Positions 49,530 through 64,000 of a stretch of DNA of 64,000 bases are shown here, piece after piece. The position numbers were made by a program, and so were the translations under genes. A model generated the notes under the pieces. The model saw nothing but the letters and a program-made list of their open reading frames with translations, was not told the DNA's origin and searched no databases. The DNA is taken from contig OX597817.1 of assembly GCA_951406725.2 (NCBI GenBank), positions 129,828,001 to 129,892,000 of the forward strand, read 5' to 3'. This DNA comes from Octopus vulgaris. Its lineage: Eukaryota. The stretch's first letter is position 1, and each line of letters opens with the position of its first letter.

Positions 49530-50765
49530 CAAACCCACAAAATTACAGACAAACCGATAACTTGTCTCCCAAAAGTTTACGAAGCCTTTACTGCAATAAT
49601 ATCGTAGAGAATGGGCGAACATCTGCAAGAAAACAACCTCTTTCCAGAAGGGCAGAATGGATGCTGCAAAGATCAGCTACTGATCAATGAAACCATAACT
49701 GAAGACAGCCGCAGCAATAAGAATGGTTCAAGTATGGCCTGGATCGATTACCGTAAGGCTTTTGATAGTATTCCTAGAAACACCAGCCATGAACAAGGTA
49801 GCACCAATAATCATAAAATATATAAAACATTCCATGAATAAATGGCAGACAATGCTACAGCTCCAGACAAAAGAGGGATCCATAATAAGAAGAGGAATAT
49901 TCCAGAGAGATACGCTCTCTCCATTCTTTTTCTGTTTGGCACTGACACCTTTATCTGACATGCTAGACAGAACTGGATGTGGATACAACTGTTACGGCAA
50001 AACAATCTGCCACCTCTTACATAAGGATGATCTAACACTGTACGCTACGAATGATAAACAGCTGGAAACATTAATACAGAGAGTATATAGATTTACCAAA
50101 GAAATAAACATGAAATTTGGCTTAGAAAAATGTGCCAAAGCAACCTTGAAAAGAAGGAAAACTAGTTAAGAGTAGCAACATCACACTAAATAAAGCAAAT
50201 GAAATAAGTGAATTAGACCAAAACCAGGAATCAACCAATTAGATACGATACAACACATACAAATGAAGAGAAGATATGAAAGAAATACTATAGACGAGTT
50301 AGATTAATACTGAAAATAGAGTTCAATGCAAAAAACAAGATAATAGGTATCAACACTCAACACTCTAGCCATCCCAATTATAAGTTACAGTTACAATATT
50401 CTTAACTGGTCTCTAAATGAACTAATCAAAATAGACAGGTAAACAAGAAAAATAATGACAGGATTTAGGACGCACCACCCAAAATCTGATACACAAAGGT
50501 TACATATGCAACGTATCGAAGGTATAGCTAGAAAACTATTACAAAATAACCACCGTAGGACATGCCTACTTCAGAATCAAGGAAAACGAATACAAATAGC
50601 CACAAAACACGAACAAAACAAAAAAACTGTTTTCAGGCTTTAAGGAAGCTGAGAAATACAAAAAAGAAGTCATAGTACCAAACAACTACGAAGAAAAAGA
50701 AGAAACAACAAAAGCTGTAAAACAATTGAAATCCAAATTAACAGCAACTGATCATGATAGAACAA
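49530..50765 (+). mobile_element. Second R4/Dong-like element, RT domain
   Basis: PITCLP, NNLFPEGQNGC.CKDQLLIN...MAWIDYRKAFDSIP, IRRGIFQRDTLSPFFFCLALTPLS, HLLHKDDL, MKFGLEKCAK and RTHHPKSDTQRL. Confidence 0.85.
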
Positions 50766-52531
50766 CAGCCTCATGCTACCTCATGCTAGTTCCTGTCCAC
50801 GTGAAGAACCAAATCAAACCTGACTTCAAGCAGTTTAAACAAATAGAGAAGTGCTTCAGTATCAGCCGTGTCTTTTAAGGGCCACTTTTTGTTATTGCTT
50901 TTCCTTCAACGCTCTCCTTCCATCTCCTCCTCCCTATCACTGTTAGTTATGACCGAGGGAAAGCTCCCTAGGCTTCCTATTCAGCATTTCGAAATAAAAA
51001 CGAGGTGACCTTTCCTAATTTCTTCAAAGGAGTACCTAATGCTGCCTTAGGGATATCAGTTACCGTGTTTTGTTCTGCTTCTCTGTTTGTTCTTTGCCTC
51101 CTGGACAGAGAACCATTAAAAGACTTTATGCACTGACTATAGGGTACAACGCTGACATCATTTTGTGGTCTTGTAGAGGGATTTGTACCTTGTGATTTCA
51201 CTAGACCACATGTCACCGAAATCAGGCTGGTGCTGAATATCAATCAGGAGCCAAGGGTTCACGTGCTCTTTATGGCGATTCTAGTATTTCTCAGTGCTAA
51301 ATACTGTGGGGTCAGTTTATGGGTCTTGCTTTTTTACTGTCCTGAGTTTTCAATGCAATGCTGAATGTATTTTCCCTCCCCTATGTTAAAGAGTTCGTTG
51401 TTCATGTCGGCGAGGGCTGCTCCGCCTGCTCATTGCAGGCGGCATAGAAATCTCACGACGCTATGAAAAAAGCACATGTAAGTGACCAGCTTATTCTTTT
51501 TACTATGTGGTCGTGGCTCCACTCAAATAAATTTGTTCAAAAAAGGACGTTTGTATAGAGAATCTGACTTGGTCTCGAAACACTCAGGGTGTCTGTATGT
51601 TCATGTGTGCGTGAGAGAGAGAGGAAGAGAAAGAGAGAGAGAAAGAGAGAGAAAGAACGAGAGAAAGAACAATGTTGTGTTCATCGTCATCGTCATCATC
51701 ATTGTTGTTGTTACTCTTATTTGATGTTGTTGCCAAACGTGTTGTTTACAATATCAATCCTTTTCGTTGAAATATATTTTTTACGCTTTTGTTTTGCAAG
51801 CTAAATAAATGTCTGCCAGTGCTGTTGTCGTTGTTGTTGTTTTCCGTTTTTTTTATGAAATGTTCTGCGTAATATTATTGATTACGTTAGAGAGTCATTA
51901 TTTCTCGCCCACCCCATCCCTTTATTCTTTTCCATTGTCTTCTAAGTTCCTTTATTATTGCCTTTGTGAGTTGTTGCATTTTATTCAATTGTTTACTCGG
52001 GGACGTGTTCAAGTATTATGTTATAAATAGCCATTTTCGCAAAATTGACAAGACAGGAAGAAAAAGAAAAATATCGAAAAGGATAAACCTTTTGAGATCT
52101 ACCAAAATATGTAATAGACTCTACACTATTGGGATATCTTTTGCCTTGAAGAGTAGAACACTCTTTCATCTACATCTGGTAAGAAGCCAAATCTTCAGAG
52201 CGAGAAAACATCACAATAACAACACTACCAACAACACAATAACATCTCATAACAACAACAACAACAACAATTGACGACGATAATCCTCATTATTACCAAT
52301 CAGCTACAACCGAGATGCGTCGCACAATAGTGCACCTGAACCTCTAGTCGAGCGTCCAAGGTCGAAATTACGTAATCTGGTGGTCTCGGCGCTGGAAGCA
52401 GCGATATAAGCAAGCGATATAAACAGGAGTGCATTTTGCACTAAAATCCAATATGACAGTTTCTCCCATGGTATCTACCGCAGTATAATTTGTTCCAACA
52501 GAACATTCACGTTTAAGTGGGGATAAACTTT

Positions 52532-52741
52532 TCTACTCAAGGTACAAGGCCCGAAATTTTGAGGGAAAGAGCCAGTCGATTTGATAGACACCAGTTCGCA
52601 ACTGGTATTTAATTTATCGACCTCGAAGGGATGAAAGGCAAAGCTGACCACGTCAAAATTTGAACTCAGAACGTAAAGACAGACGAAATACCTATAAGCA
52701 TTTCGCCCGGCTTGCTAACGTTTCTGCCAACTCGTCGTCTT
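52532..52741 (-). mobile_element. SINE family B variant
   Basis: ctggtatttaatttatcgacctcgaagggatgaaaggcaaag...tttgaactcagaacgtaa...gctaacgtttctgcca. Confidence 0.8.
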
Positions 52742-53298
52742 TAGTGGGGATAAATATTACTCCTCGATATTAATACTGCTAATAAATCATTTTTTTACTA
52801 AAATTTAACGGCGTGTTTCTGTCAAAAACATCAGTGTAGTTGAATGGTTTTCGTCCTTTGTTAGGAGATCAGAAGTTTCAAAAATATAATATCTGTTCGG
52901 GTGTTGTACACCATCCAAACAGAAAACTCGTAGCTGTCTCCTTGCAGGCTGGATGACAGATCAACCTCAACAGACAGGGGTTTCCGAAAGAGTTGCATCC
53001 TCTGTATATTGTCACCAAACTGTCAAGATAAACACACAAAATCTCCACAACAATACCTTATATCCACCTCCAAAACATCCACCATTACCACCAGAGCCAC
53101 CTCCATCAGCACTACCCCCACCACCAACGCCATCATCACCACCACCGCCAGCGCCACCACTATCACCTCCACGACAGCTCCCACCCCAGCCCAACAAAAA
53201 TTACGGCAACAACAGCAGTAGTGATGATGATTTTTATGTTTATAGTGTGCATATGAATCCAGAGGCTGAAACAAAGTAAAGAATTAGACTTATGCAAG

Positions 53299-53373
<75 letters not shown>

Positions 53374-53949
53374 CGAAAAGAAAAACTCTACATTTGTATT
53401 TGTCCCCTCTGTATTCAGCTCTGTGTAGCCAATAAAGAAAGTTATATATCTATATATTCATCTATCTATCTATCGATCGATCGATCAATCGATAGATAGA
53501 TAGATAGGTAGATAGAGAGAACGATCGATCGATCTGTCTGTCTGAACGTCTGTCAAACCAACTAGTGACTATTCACCGTTGTTTGCTTTCTCTTTCTTCA
53601 TCGTTCTCTCTCTCTCACTATCTCTCTCTCTTTCACAATATATATATATATATATGTGAGTGTGTGTGTGTGTGTGCGTATGTACGCATATCTGTGCATA
53701 TAGATGTATGTCTATAAATATATACATACATACATGGACATATACATAATATATATTTACACCTATAGATGTGTGTGTATATAAACATATATGTGTGTGC
53801 GTGTATAAATAAAATAAGAGAGAAAGAAGGAGAAAGTGATAGAGAGAGAAACAGTCAAAGACAAAGGGAGAGGGAAAAAGAGAGCGACATAGAGAAAGCA
53901 AGAGTGAACGTGTACAAGATTTTAGCTGCGCAAGCTTTTGTGTGTGCGC

Positions 53950-54010
<61 letters not shown>

Positions 54011-54229
54011 TGAGTGAGTGCGTTTGTGAGCACATGTGGGTGTGTGTTTGCGTGGCTACTTCACAGCGAGGCTGGGTGTCCGTCTCTAAACTCATTCTAT
54101 TGTAAGCCATTATCGATCCAAGGACGAAACTCCAGACTTAACGTCTTTTCATCTTTTGTTCTCTAGTCTCTCTCTTTTTTTTACTGATGCTTCAAGAGTC
54201 AGAGGATGTTTGCTTGCCTGCAGCACCCG

Positions 54230-54307
<78 letters not shown>

Positions 54308-54434
54308 TCACGTGCACACAGACATAAATGTGGACATGCTATCTTGAAATGAAGATAGCGCACATATATACACATATATATTTACACTTACGTACATACT
54401 CATACATAAGTGTTTGTATGTGTATGAGTGCATG

Positions 54435-54482
<48 letters not shown>

Positions 54483-54981
54483 TACGTGCGTGTGTGTGTG
54501 CGTGCGTGCGTGCGTGTGTGTGTGTGTGTACGTGTGTGTGTGTGTGTAAATATGTACACATACATGTCCATACACACAATCGCAGACACATATATGTATG
54601 TATCTCTCTCTATGTGTGTGTATCTGTGTGAATATATACACATACATATCTACACACACACGCAGACACACCCATATATGTAGGTAGGGAGATAAATAGA
54701 CAGGTAGGAAGGAGGCTAAATAGATACATATATGCACTCATGTGCATACATTGCACAGTCATACACGCATACACGCACTCTTACATTACAGCCATACATG
54801 TACACATATACTAATCATCTGTATGTTCGTAGGATTTCGTATTTTAATGTATCACACAAAAATCTTTATCCATTCGCGCAGGAAACAATACACAAACGCG
54901 CATACACACACATATGTATATCCAAAAGTGTTATACAAATAACAAGTACAGACACATGCATATAAATATATATAAATATAT

Positions 54982-55021
<40 letters not shown>

Positions 55022-55219
55022 ACACACATATATATATATATATACGCATGTGTGTGTGCGTGTACGTGTATGTGTGTGTACGTGTGCGTGTATGTGTGTT
55101 TGCGTGTGTGTGTGTGTAAGTATCTCTATGTATATCTTTCTGTGTCTGCATGTTCGTATGTTTGTAAATACACAGAGACTAAAGAGATCGGACAAATTTC
55201 ACAAACAAAAAACACACAG

Positions 55220-55267
<48 letters not shown>

Positions 55268-55734
55268 GCGTACACATACATACGCATACTTAAAAATATC
55301 ACAAATATCGCACGTATTCTTTCACGCCCACTAGCAAACACATACCACCACACATACAGACGCGCACACACATACACACACACACACACAGACACACAGA
55401 CATACACACATGTATATTTGTGTGTGTGTTCTCTTCTGGCATACATACACACATAAAACTACCACAGACACATACACACAGACATTACCGACGTCATCCC
55501 ATCCGCCATCCAATCTCCGGTCATTGTCTTCTGTTGTTATCTCCCTTCTGTGATGTCTTAACTCATCATTGTTAGACTCGCTTATCGCAGGAAATCACGT
55601 GTTATGTATGTATGTATCCATGTGTGTGTATGTGTGGTTGGCTCTTTATGTATGTATGACGTATGGATGGATATTGTGTATGTGACTTTGTCTTCTCTGT
55701 ATGCTTGCATATGCTTATAGCTATAATCTGTTTA

Positions 55735-56170
55735 GTTTTTTCAGTCTTTGGATCTCGGCCATACTGGAGTACTGCCTTGACGGATGTATCCGAACAAATT
55801 GATCCAAGTCCTTGTTTATTAAAATCTGGTTCTCATTATATCAATCTCTGTTACCAAGCTACTAAGTTTCGCGGATGTGAACAAACCAATAATGGTTGTT
55901 TTGTAATGGTGTGTGTTGTGTTTGTGGGGGAGGGAAGCAAAAATACCAACACAGTACACACATGTACATGCACACGCATTCAAACACACACACACACACG
56001 CAATTATGATAGGCTTCCACACAGTTTCCGTCAGCAAAATTCCGTCACAAGCTATTGATTGGCTCGAGCTATAATAGAAGACACATGTCCAAGGTGCCGC
56101 GTTTCGGGACTGCTTCCGAAAGCAGACGGCAAGAAAGCGACCGTCTGATCCACTCAGCCATTCTTGCACG
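55735..56170 (-). mobile_element. SINE family A, old copy
   Basis: tttcagtc...ggccatactggagtactgcc...agtttccgtc...gctataatagaagacacatgtccaaggtgccgc. Confidence 0.7.
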
Positions 56171-56528
56171 TATTATACACGCAGGACAAGTTATATATTC
56201 GCATATGTGTGTGTGTATGTATGCATATGTATAGTGATTATGTGAATCTTCTCTCAGTTCATATAGTTTTATAATGCATCTATGTGTCTATAAACTGCCC
56301 GATTATGTAGGTTTATAGACACACAGAAATACACATACAAAGAAATACGTAAAATATGAATTGAAGAGAGATTTCAGTACATTAAATATATGCAAATCAT
56401 TTAGTTGGTAATAAGCCAATGAAACCGGGAAACCGGCCCTTACGAGCCAGGAATGGCTCGAGAAGGAACAAAAATTGAAATGCATGTATGTATGTATGTA
56501 TGTTTGTATATGTGTACATAAGTACAAA

Positions 56529-56565
<37 letters not shown>

Positions 56566-57169
56566 CTGTAATGCGCTCCCGCTTACGTGAATGTACATCT
56601 ATTAGTTAGCATCTATCCAAAAATATTTTCTGAATATTCCGTTGGTCTCTTGTCATTATCTTTGGATTATTTCAATGGAATTAGGCTCGAAGAAATTCAG
56701 GGACTATAATCGTACGTGTCTTTTAATTGCTTTCAATTCTCAAAAAAATTTGCAATGCAGATACACAAGCGTTTAGCTTACAGTAATTAGTGCAAAATTT
56801 TCTTATTCGTCTAATGTAAAATTTTGCATAAATCATAAACAATAATTGTTAGATGTTCGAATGGAACATGGTCTTTAGATATTATGTTTTATTGATATGT
56901 CACCGTAAAAAAGGAATCAAACCTGAAATCTTAAAGCGGATATATAATCATATTCTAAATCAGGCGCACATGCACTCACATGCACATATACACATGCGCG
57001 CACACATACATACACATATACCCATATATACATGCATAAACGTTATGTATATCAACTTTTAAAAACAACTTATAAAGCATTTAACTGAACAGTTACTCGT
57101 GATGAGTACAAGAGCAACATCCAAAAGAGATATTCATCGGTACAATAAATATCAAGATTAATATATTAA

Positions 57170-57730
57170 GCATTGACATCCTGTAGTTTCCCTGGTAGTC
57201 ACATGGATTTTCTGTTTGTTTAAGAGCCTTTTAGATCTGATGTAGTGATTTTGTTTTGCTTTTTCTGACAAATTGACCTTTCATCATCATATAAGACTTA
57301 TATCTGATGTCTTCATGGACACCATTTCTGACAGTTCCTTCTGACACATGGAGATCTTTTGCTATTGACCTCATGGACTTTCTGGGATTGTAATCAATAG
57401 TGTGTTGAACTTGCTGGATAAAGTCAGGTGTTCAGATGATTTCAGAACGTTTAGAATACTTTTTATGTTTTGATATTGGTGATATGTTTCCATCTTTAGT
57501 CTCTAACTCCTTACAAACATTGTAGATAAAAGATTTGGTAACTTTTAAAAACTGAGTTGTAAATCGCTATGCTCAGCCTTTATAACCACAATAACAGCAT
57601 GCCTCTTCACTTCTTAAGTAAGCTGAGGGTCTGCCATGATTATTTTCTGAAACAAAGATTATACAGAGTTAGCAAAAAATGCAGCATTCACCTCCACAAA
57701 ATTATGTTCTCAAATACCTCACACACCCTG
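57170..57730 (-). mobile_element. maT-like transposon 5' part, related to 42407-43389
   Basis: Left TIR ttctcaaatacctcacacaccctg|TA. Minus-strand translation KRHAVIVVIKAEHSDLQL...KHKKYSKRSE...PRKSMRSIAKDLHVSEGTVRN.VHEDIRYKSY. Confidence 0.8.
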
Positions 57731-57732
57731 TA

Positions 57733-57795
<63 letters not shown>

Positions 57796-58114
57796 ATATA
57801 TATATATACAGCTTTCTCTGCTTGTTTTTCTGAGTTTCTTTGTTGCAAATAAAAAATTCTGAATACATTCTTTCTTTCTTACCTTTCTGATTACTTAAGT
57901 TTTCCTTCAATAGATTCAAACCTTTTGTTCACTCTGCTCACACACGTACACACACACGCGCGCATACTGGCACATAAATATGGGCTCTACAAGTGTGCCA
58001 ACTGTATCAGCTTCATCTTCCGCCTCTTCGGGTATACAATACTTAGTTCATTCAATTGAAGAGTTAATAGAATTACAAATTTTGCACAATAATGTTCAGT
58101 AAATTTCCGAATAT

Positions 58115-58497
58115 AGGCGCAGGCATGGCTGTGTGGTAAGAAGCTTGTTTCCCAACAACATAGTTCTGGGTTCAGTCCCACTGCGTGGAACCTTCGGCAA
58201 ATATTTTCTACTATATCCCCGGGCCGACCAAAGCCTTGTCAATGGATTTGGTAGACGGAGACTGAAAGACGCCTGTAGTATATATTTATATATATCTATG
58301 TGTGTGTATTTGTGTCTGTGTTTGTCCCCCGCCATCGCTTGAAAACTGATGTCGGTGTGTTTACGTCCCCGACCGATAGAATAAGTACTAGGCTTACAAA
58401 AGATAATGTCTCATGTGATCGATTTCGATTTAGAATATTTTAGATGGTGCTCCATCATGACCGTAGTCAAATGAGTGAAACATGTAAAAGAATAAAA
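58115..58497 (+). mobile_element. SINE family A, near full-length
   Basis: ggcgcaggcatggctgtgtggtaagaagc...ggttcagtccc...ccgaccaaagccttg...catgtaaaagaataaaa. Confidence 0.85.
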
Positions 58498-58587
58498 GAA
58501 TGTATGCATGTATGCATGTATGCTGTATGTATGTGTACGTGTGTATGTTTATATATGTCTGTATGTGCGTGTGTGTGTGTGCGCGCG

Positions 58588-58640
<53 letters not shown>

Positions 58641-59336
58641 GGTGCATGCAACGGCTGACAGTTCTAAGGTCTATTATCGCTATTTTCATTTTTGGTTTCA
58701 TTCATATTGCTCTTTCTCACTCTTCATCTACACTTACATAGGTTATATTCACTGACACCCAAAAACAAACAGGCAAATATTGAAGAAATCGAAGAGAAGA
58801 TCGTCTGGAAGAAAGAAGCTTGATAATTTGCATGGAATCTTTATGAATCAGTCCACTGATTTTTTTATCTCTATCAATACAATGGCGTCTTAGTGTACAC
58901 AAACATTTCTTACCCTGATTTACGATCGACTAGGGCTGATTGTGCAGACGATAGTATGTATGTGCAGACGATAGTGTGTATGTGTGCATGTATGTGTGCA
59001 TGTGTGTGTGTCTGTGTGTGTGTGTGTGTATAATGGTGGTTGTAACGGTGCTATGAGTATCTATGTAATTTCACGTATGGTGTTTCTTCATGTGAATGTA
59101 CGCGCACGGCTGCCTTATGTATATATACATATATACAGGATTGTCCGTTGTGCTTCATGTAGATTTGTATTCATATTCTATACGTGTACAAAGTGTTTGA
59201 ATACATATACTACATATACATTTACACACATATATACGCACGCATGCGCACACGCAGACACACACATATATATATACACTTATTCATAAAATATATGCAT
59301 ATACATATATGTATATATATGTGCGTGTATGTATAT

Positions 59337-59541
59337 GTGATCGCGTGTATACCGTTGGCGATTTTTTTCCCTCTGTCTTCTCTTCTCTGGATCTTTCCTT
59401 CTCCTGTGTTTCCGACGAAGAGCTCCGCTCGAAATGTTATACCCTCCTTCTTTCCTTCTTTCCTGAGCGTCCAATAATACTATATTTGTTCCACATTCTC
59501 GCGTTGTTGTGTTTTTTTGTGCTTTCTTGTTTGGATTAACT
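59337..59541 (+). mobile_element. ~205-bp Penelope pLTR-like element with a degenerate HHR (59408-59442)
   Basis: Same family and boundaries as 41999-42203. Motif reads CCGACGA A GAGC TCC GCTC GAAAT GTT. Confidence 0.72.
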
Positions 59542-59593
59542 ATATATATATATATATATATATATTTGTCTGTATATATATATACACACATGT

Positions 59594-59658
<65 letters not shown>

Positions 59659-59711
59659 CATACACACCCTCACACACACACTTATGTAGGTATGTATGTA
59701 TTATATGCCTA

Positions 59712-60110
59712 TTTATCTATCTACACCTTGAAGAGAAGGCGAGAAATGTATGCAGTGATATATATATGGAAGATCGTTGAAGGTCTAGCTTCCCACTTTC
59801 AAATTAAAAACTATACTAACCACCGAACTGGAAGGCACTGCATACAGACAAAGATGGCCTTTTCTTCATCTCAGATGAGAACCCAGCGTTGCAAGAGTTT
59901 GGGTTTCGAGAGACCATGACTGTTTAACATCCTGCCAAGAAACTTAAGAGATCTGCAAAGAGTAGATGTGGAATCGTTCAAAAAGCACCTGGACAGATTT
60001 CTATCGGAAATCCCAGATGAGAGCACATTTTTGGCAGGAAGCACAAAGAAGAGCAGCTTCGTTCAATTCGCTTCTTCACCAAAAACATTACCGAAAGAAG
60101 ACCCAAAAGC
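59712..60110 (+). mobile_element. CR1/L2-group LINE 3' end
   Basis: [25 protein letters not shown]...RTGRHC...LFNILPRNLRDL..VDVESFKKHLDRFLSEIPDE. Confidence 0.75.
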
Positions 60111-60157
60111 ACTGAGAGTAAAAGAATGAAAGAAAAGAAAAAAAAGAATATATATAT

Positions 60158-60356
60158 GTACTTTTATTTGCTTCAGTCATTTGACAGCAGCCATGCTGGA
60201 GTACCGCCTTTAGTCGAGTAAATCGCCTCCAGGACTTATTCTTTGTAAGCCCAGTACTTATTCTATCGGTCTCTTTTGCCGAACCGCTAAGTTACAGGGA
60301 CGTAAGCACACCAACATCGGTTGGCAAGCGATGTTAGAGGGACAAACACAGACACA

Positions 60357-60401
<45 letters not shown>

Positions 60402-60618
60402 CTGGCAGAAACGTTAGCACGCCGGGCGAAATGCGTAGCTGTATTTCGTCTGTCGTCACGTTCCGAGTTCAAATTCCGCCGAGGTCGACTTTGCCTTTCA
60501 TCCTTTCGGGGTCGATAAATTAAGTACCAGTTACACACTGGGGTCGATATAATCGACTTAATCCGTTCGTCTGTCCTTGTTTGTCCCGTCTGTGTTTAGC
60601 CCCTTGTGGGTAGTAAAG

Positions 60619-60649
<31 letters not shown>

Positions 60650-60812
60650 CGACGGGCTTCTTTCAGTTTCCGTCTACCAAATCCACTCACAAGGCCTTGG
60701 TCGGCCCGAGGCTATACTACAAGACACTTGCTCAAAGTGCGACGCTGTGAGACTGAACCCGGAACCATGTGGTTGGTGAGCACGCTACTTGCCACACAGC
60801 CACTCCTGCGCC
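60158..60812 (-). mobile_element. SINE family A with a family B SINE (60400-60622, +) nested in its internal microsatellite
   Basis: Family A 3' half at 60158-60360 and 5' half at 60648-60812 flank a complete family B copy in the opposite orientation. Confidence 0.88.
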
Positions 60813-61781
60813 TATGAACACAGCCACTACATATATATATATGTATATATATAAATATATATGTATGTGTGTATGTATATATATATTTTTAATATGTATT
60901 ATACATATGCACACAAAATTGTATAAGAGACGCCATAAAATTTCGTGGTAAGTTTGTGTCTGTATATATATGTATATCTATGTGTATATGTATAGGTGCG
61001 TGCATTAATGTACGTGTTTATGTGTGTGTGCAAGCACAAACACATACACACGTATGCATACACACATACACACACACACACACTTATGGTAGAGTGAATA
61101 TGCGTCTGTATGCACGCACATCCGTAGTTCCATATTATTCTCTGCCATTTTCATAGTATATACTTATATACGCATACACACCCATACATATAAAAATATA
61201 TATACATACAAATAAACACACACACACGCACACACGCACATACATATATATATATATATATTATGCACACATGAACTTACACACACAAACACACAGTTAT
61301 GGTGTGTGCAAAGTAATGAAATGACTTTAATCCAAACAGTAAGTAAACATGATGAAATCAATAGCTGGGTCTACAAGCAAATATCTTCTCTACTCAGTGA
61401 AATAATAAATGTGCAATGCAGTAGATACGTCTGAGCAAATATCCTTTCTGCCACGATGGATATTTCTAATTTAATTTGGTCACGTCAACCGATTAAGGGT
61501 CTGACAATTGATGCGTTCTTATTTGTGTTTGTGTGTTTCTGTGTCTCTGCGGTTATCTACACGTGTGTCTATAAGAATGCCTTTCTCCTTCATGCATGCT
61601 CTATATTTCCTCTTTCCCATCGTACTTACATGTACGCACACACACACACACTCACACACATACATGTATATATATATATGTATGTATATATGTGTATGTA
61701 TATATATATATATACGAATATATATGTATATATATATATATATATATATCGATAAAATATTTATATGTAAATATATTCACA

Positions 61782-61825
<44 letters not shown>

Positions 61826-62001
61826 ATATACATATATACATACACACACACACATATATATATATATGTATATAACTATATATACATGGATATAGAGAAG
61901 TCTATATGGATACATATGTATATAAATATTTATATTATAGTGTGTGTTTGTATATATATATATATGTGTGTGTGTGTGTATATATGTCTATATATATATG
62001 C

Positions 62002-62081
<80 letters not shown>

Positions 62082-62530
62082 CATATATATATATACATAC
62101 ATATATATATATATATACATATACGTAAGTGTACGTGACCAAATCCCTTCCTGTTACATTCGCAATATGTATATATTCCATGAATTAAAGTTGCTGTTAA
62201 TGCCTTTACCAAAATTTGATTCTTTGTTCTAGCCAAAGAATTTCTTATCATTCAACCCCCTACAGAGAACCTTCCTTCTGCAAATTATTAGGCTTTTAGC
62301 CTAGGTAAGGAATCAATATGAAGATCACTGAAATTCCATTTTTGATCTATACCTGTCTCCATGGTTACAGGTTTAGTAATTTCAACACGTTGGTTTCGTC
62401 GTTGACTTTTATGTCTTCTGCTCTTTATGCTTGGAACATGTCTCCCCAGATGACTGTAATAAATCTTGGGTAATATGATGCATGCATGCATACATACATG
62501 CATACATACATACATACATACATACATACA

Positions 62531-62562
<32 letters not shown>

Positions 62563-62616
62563 AGTATATTCATACATGTATTGGATATATATATATAAAT
62601 CGTTTTCAGCTTTTTT

Positions 62617-62658
<42 letters not shown>

Positions 62659-62697
62659 GATTGATAGCTATAGGTATAGAAAGCGAGATAAATATAC

Positions 62698-62747
<50 letters not shown>

Positions 62748-62822
62748 GTATGCATATATATATGTATGTATATGTATATACACACATATATGTATGTATA
62801 TATTCTACTATACATACACATA

Positions 62823-62875
<53 letters not shown>

Positions 62876-63419
62876 CACACACACACATATACACTCACTA
62901 AGAAACACAGAGATACACTTACAACCTCTAATGTGTACACGCACACACGCTCGCACACACACATACACACTCACGCTCACACAAACACATTTTAGACAAT
63001 GTATGGAGATGTAAGTATGGAGATGTCTCTCGAAGACCAGAAGCTCAGGCATTATACATTTAGTAGTAAGAATGCTTTTTAAGGTTTTCTGTCCAAAAGA
63101 GTTTGAAGACATCGATATGCCATGAACATCATAGACAGGAACGTCTGCATTAGCCCAGGTAGATTGCTGTTCCAGCCACGCTATAGTCGTAACTTCGGAA
63201 ATATCGGCAGAGATAATTTTTTTCCTCTCTTCCACGTGCTGACCAGAGAGCTAAGGCATACTTTTACTGACCATAACTATTAATGTATCCACCTCATTCG
63301 CCTGTGGCAATAAAGTGGTACTGGAAAATGGGCAAAGATGGCAGCCTATTAGAGACAGCGAGAAAGGTAATATAAAGAAAAAGAGACCTCTCCGATAAAA
63401 GAAATAAAATTTAAAAAAT

Positions 63420-63575
63420 ACAGGTATGATTATATGGTTAAGAAGCTCGCTTTGCAACTACGTACGGTGAGTCCTATTGCGCGCACATTGGGCGTGTGAT
63501 TTTTACTATAACACCGGGCCTCCTAATGCCTTGTGAGTGAATTTAGTAGACAGAAACTGTGTAGAAACCTATCGT
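63420..63575 (+). mobile_element. SINE family A, 5' fragment
   Basis: tggttaagaagctcgctttgcaac...ttgggcgtgtgattttactata...gccttgtgagtgaatttagtagacagaaactg. Confidence 0.65.
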
Positions 63576-64000
63576 ATATATCATCGACTTATCACATACT
63601 TATTTAAACACTTTTAAGCTGCAGTATTATTTAAACATTTTAAGGTTACACTGTTTCGTCCAGTGAAAGTCCTTTTAAAGAAGTTGAGTGTGAAAAAAGA
63701 AAAAAACCCAGAATGCCTGAAAACTTGGCGAAACGAATCACCTCGGAGGTGAGCAAGAATGACAATTACTCGAGTATACAGCACCGGTTAGTTGAAATGA
63801 CAGCGAAATATCTATATCTATCGTCCTTAGAGCCGATGTGATTCGTTGCGCCTGGTTTTGAGATATGCAGTGTTTTTTTTCTTTTCTTTAGCATATAACG
63901 TCTTCAAAGGGATTTTAAACGCACAAAGCGTTTAAACAGCACACATATATTAAGTATGTGACATCGATGTTTACATTGTTAGAGCTGCTTCTCTCTCTCT

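Noticed and set aside
50770-51480. Complex segment possibly from a retroelement 5' region (minus strand)
   Set aside because: No diagnostic motif could be identified, so it is left unassigned.
52140-52205. Minus-strand CTGAAGA...GAAA with a stem III-like hairpin
   Set aside because: There is no stem I pairing and 7 extra nt precede GAAA, so it is probably chance.
52953-53279. 108-aa proline-rich ORF after an acceptor-like ttgcag
   Set aside because: Mostly (ACC)n-derived low complexity, with no supporting exon structure.
62288-62453. Possible terminal exon on the minus strand (HLGRHVPSIK...LPRLKA*)
   Set aside because: Weak acceptor with no polypyrimidine tract, no recognisable homology and no partner exons.
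61456-63014. Many overlapping YI/HT/CV-repeat ORFs, also present throughout the window
   Set aside because: They are (TA)n/(CA)n microsatellite translations.
63010-63350. Unique sequence with a minus-strand acceptor-like site and a 120-aa ORF
   Set aside because: All three frames after the acceptor hit stops, and no domain is recognisable.

Overview
AT-rich eukaryotic DNA, saturated with microsatellites, with no confidently identifiable host protein-coding gene. The SINE families and simple-repeat density suggest a coleoid cephalopod, probably Octopus (inference). Most ORFs in the supplied track are translations of (TA)n, (CA)n, (GATA)n, (AGT)n and (GGT)n repeats. DNA transposons: a full-length IR/DR-type Tc1 element (DD34E, two stop codons), mariner and maT-like remnants, several MITEs and a Helitron remnant. 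Retroelements: decayed LINEs of the RTE, CR1/L2-group, HERO and R4/Dong types, plus many tRNA-derived SINEs. There is also an intron-containing tRNA-Met(CAT)-like gene. The main unexplained signal is about a dozen hammerhead ribozyme (HHR) motifs from several unrelated short non-coding elements, concentrated at 33.5-38.7 kb and mostly inserted in (TA)n. They include a 583-nt unit present as 1.46 tandem copies, resembling a retrozyme or non-autonomous Penelope-like element, and a set of HHRs with very long (53-91 nt) stem II hairpins that differ by compensatory changes. Boundaries of decayed elements are approximate. All family names come from motif recognition, not from database searches.
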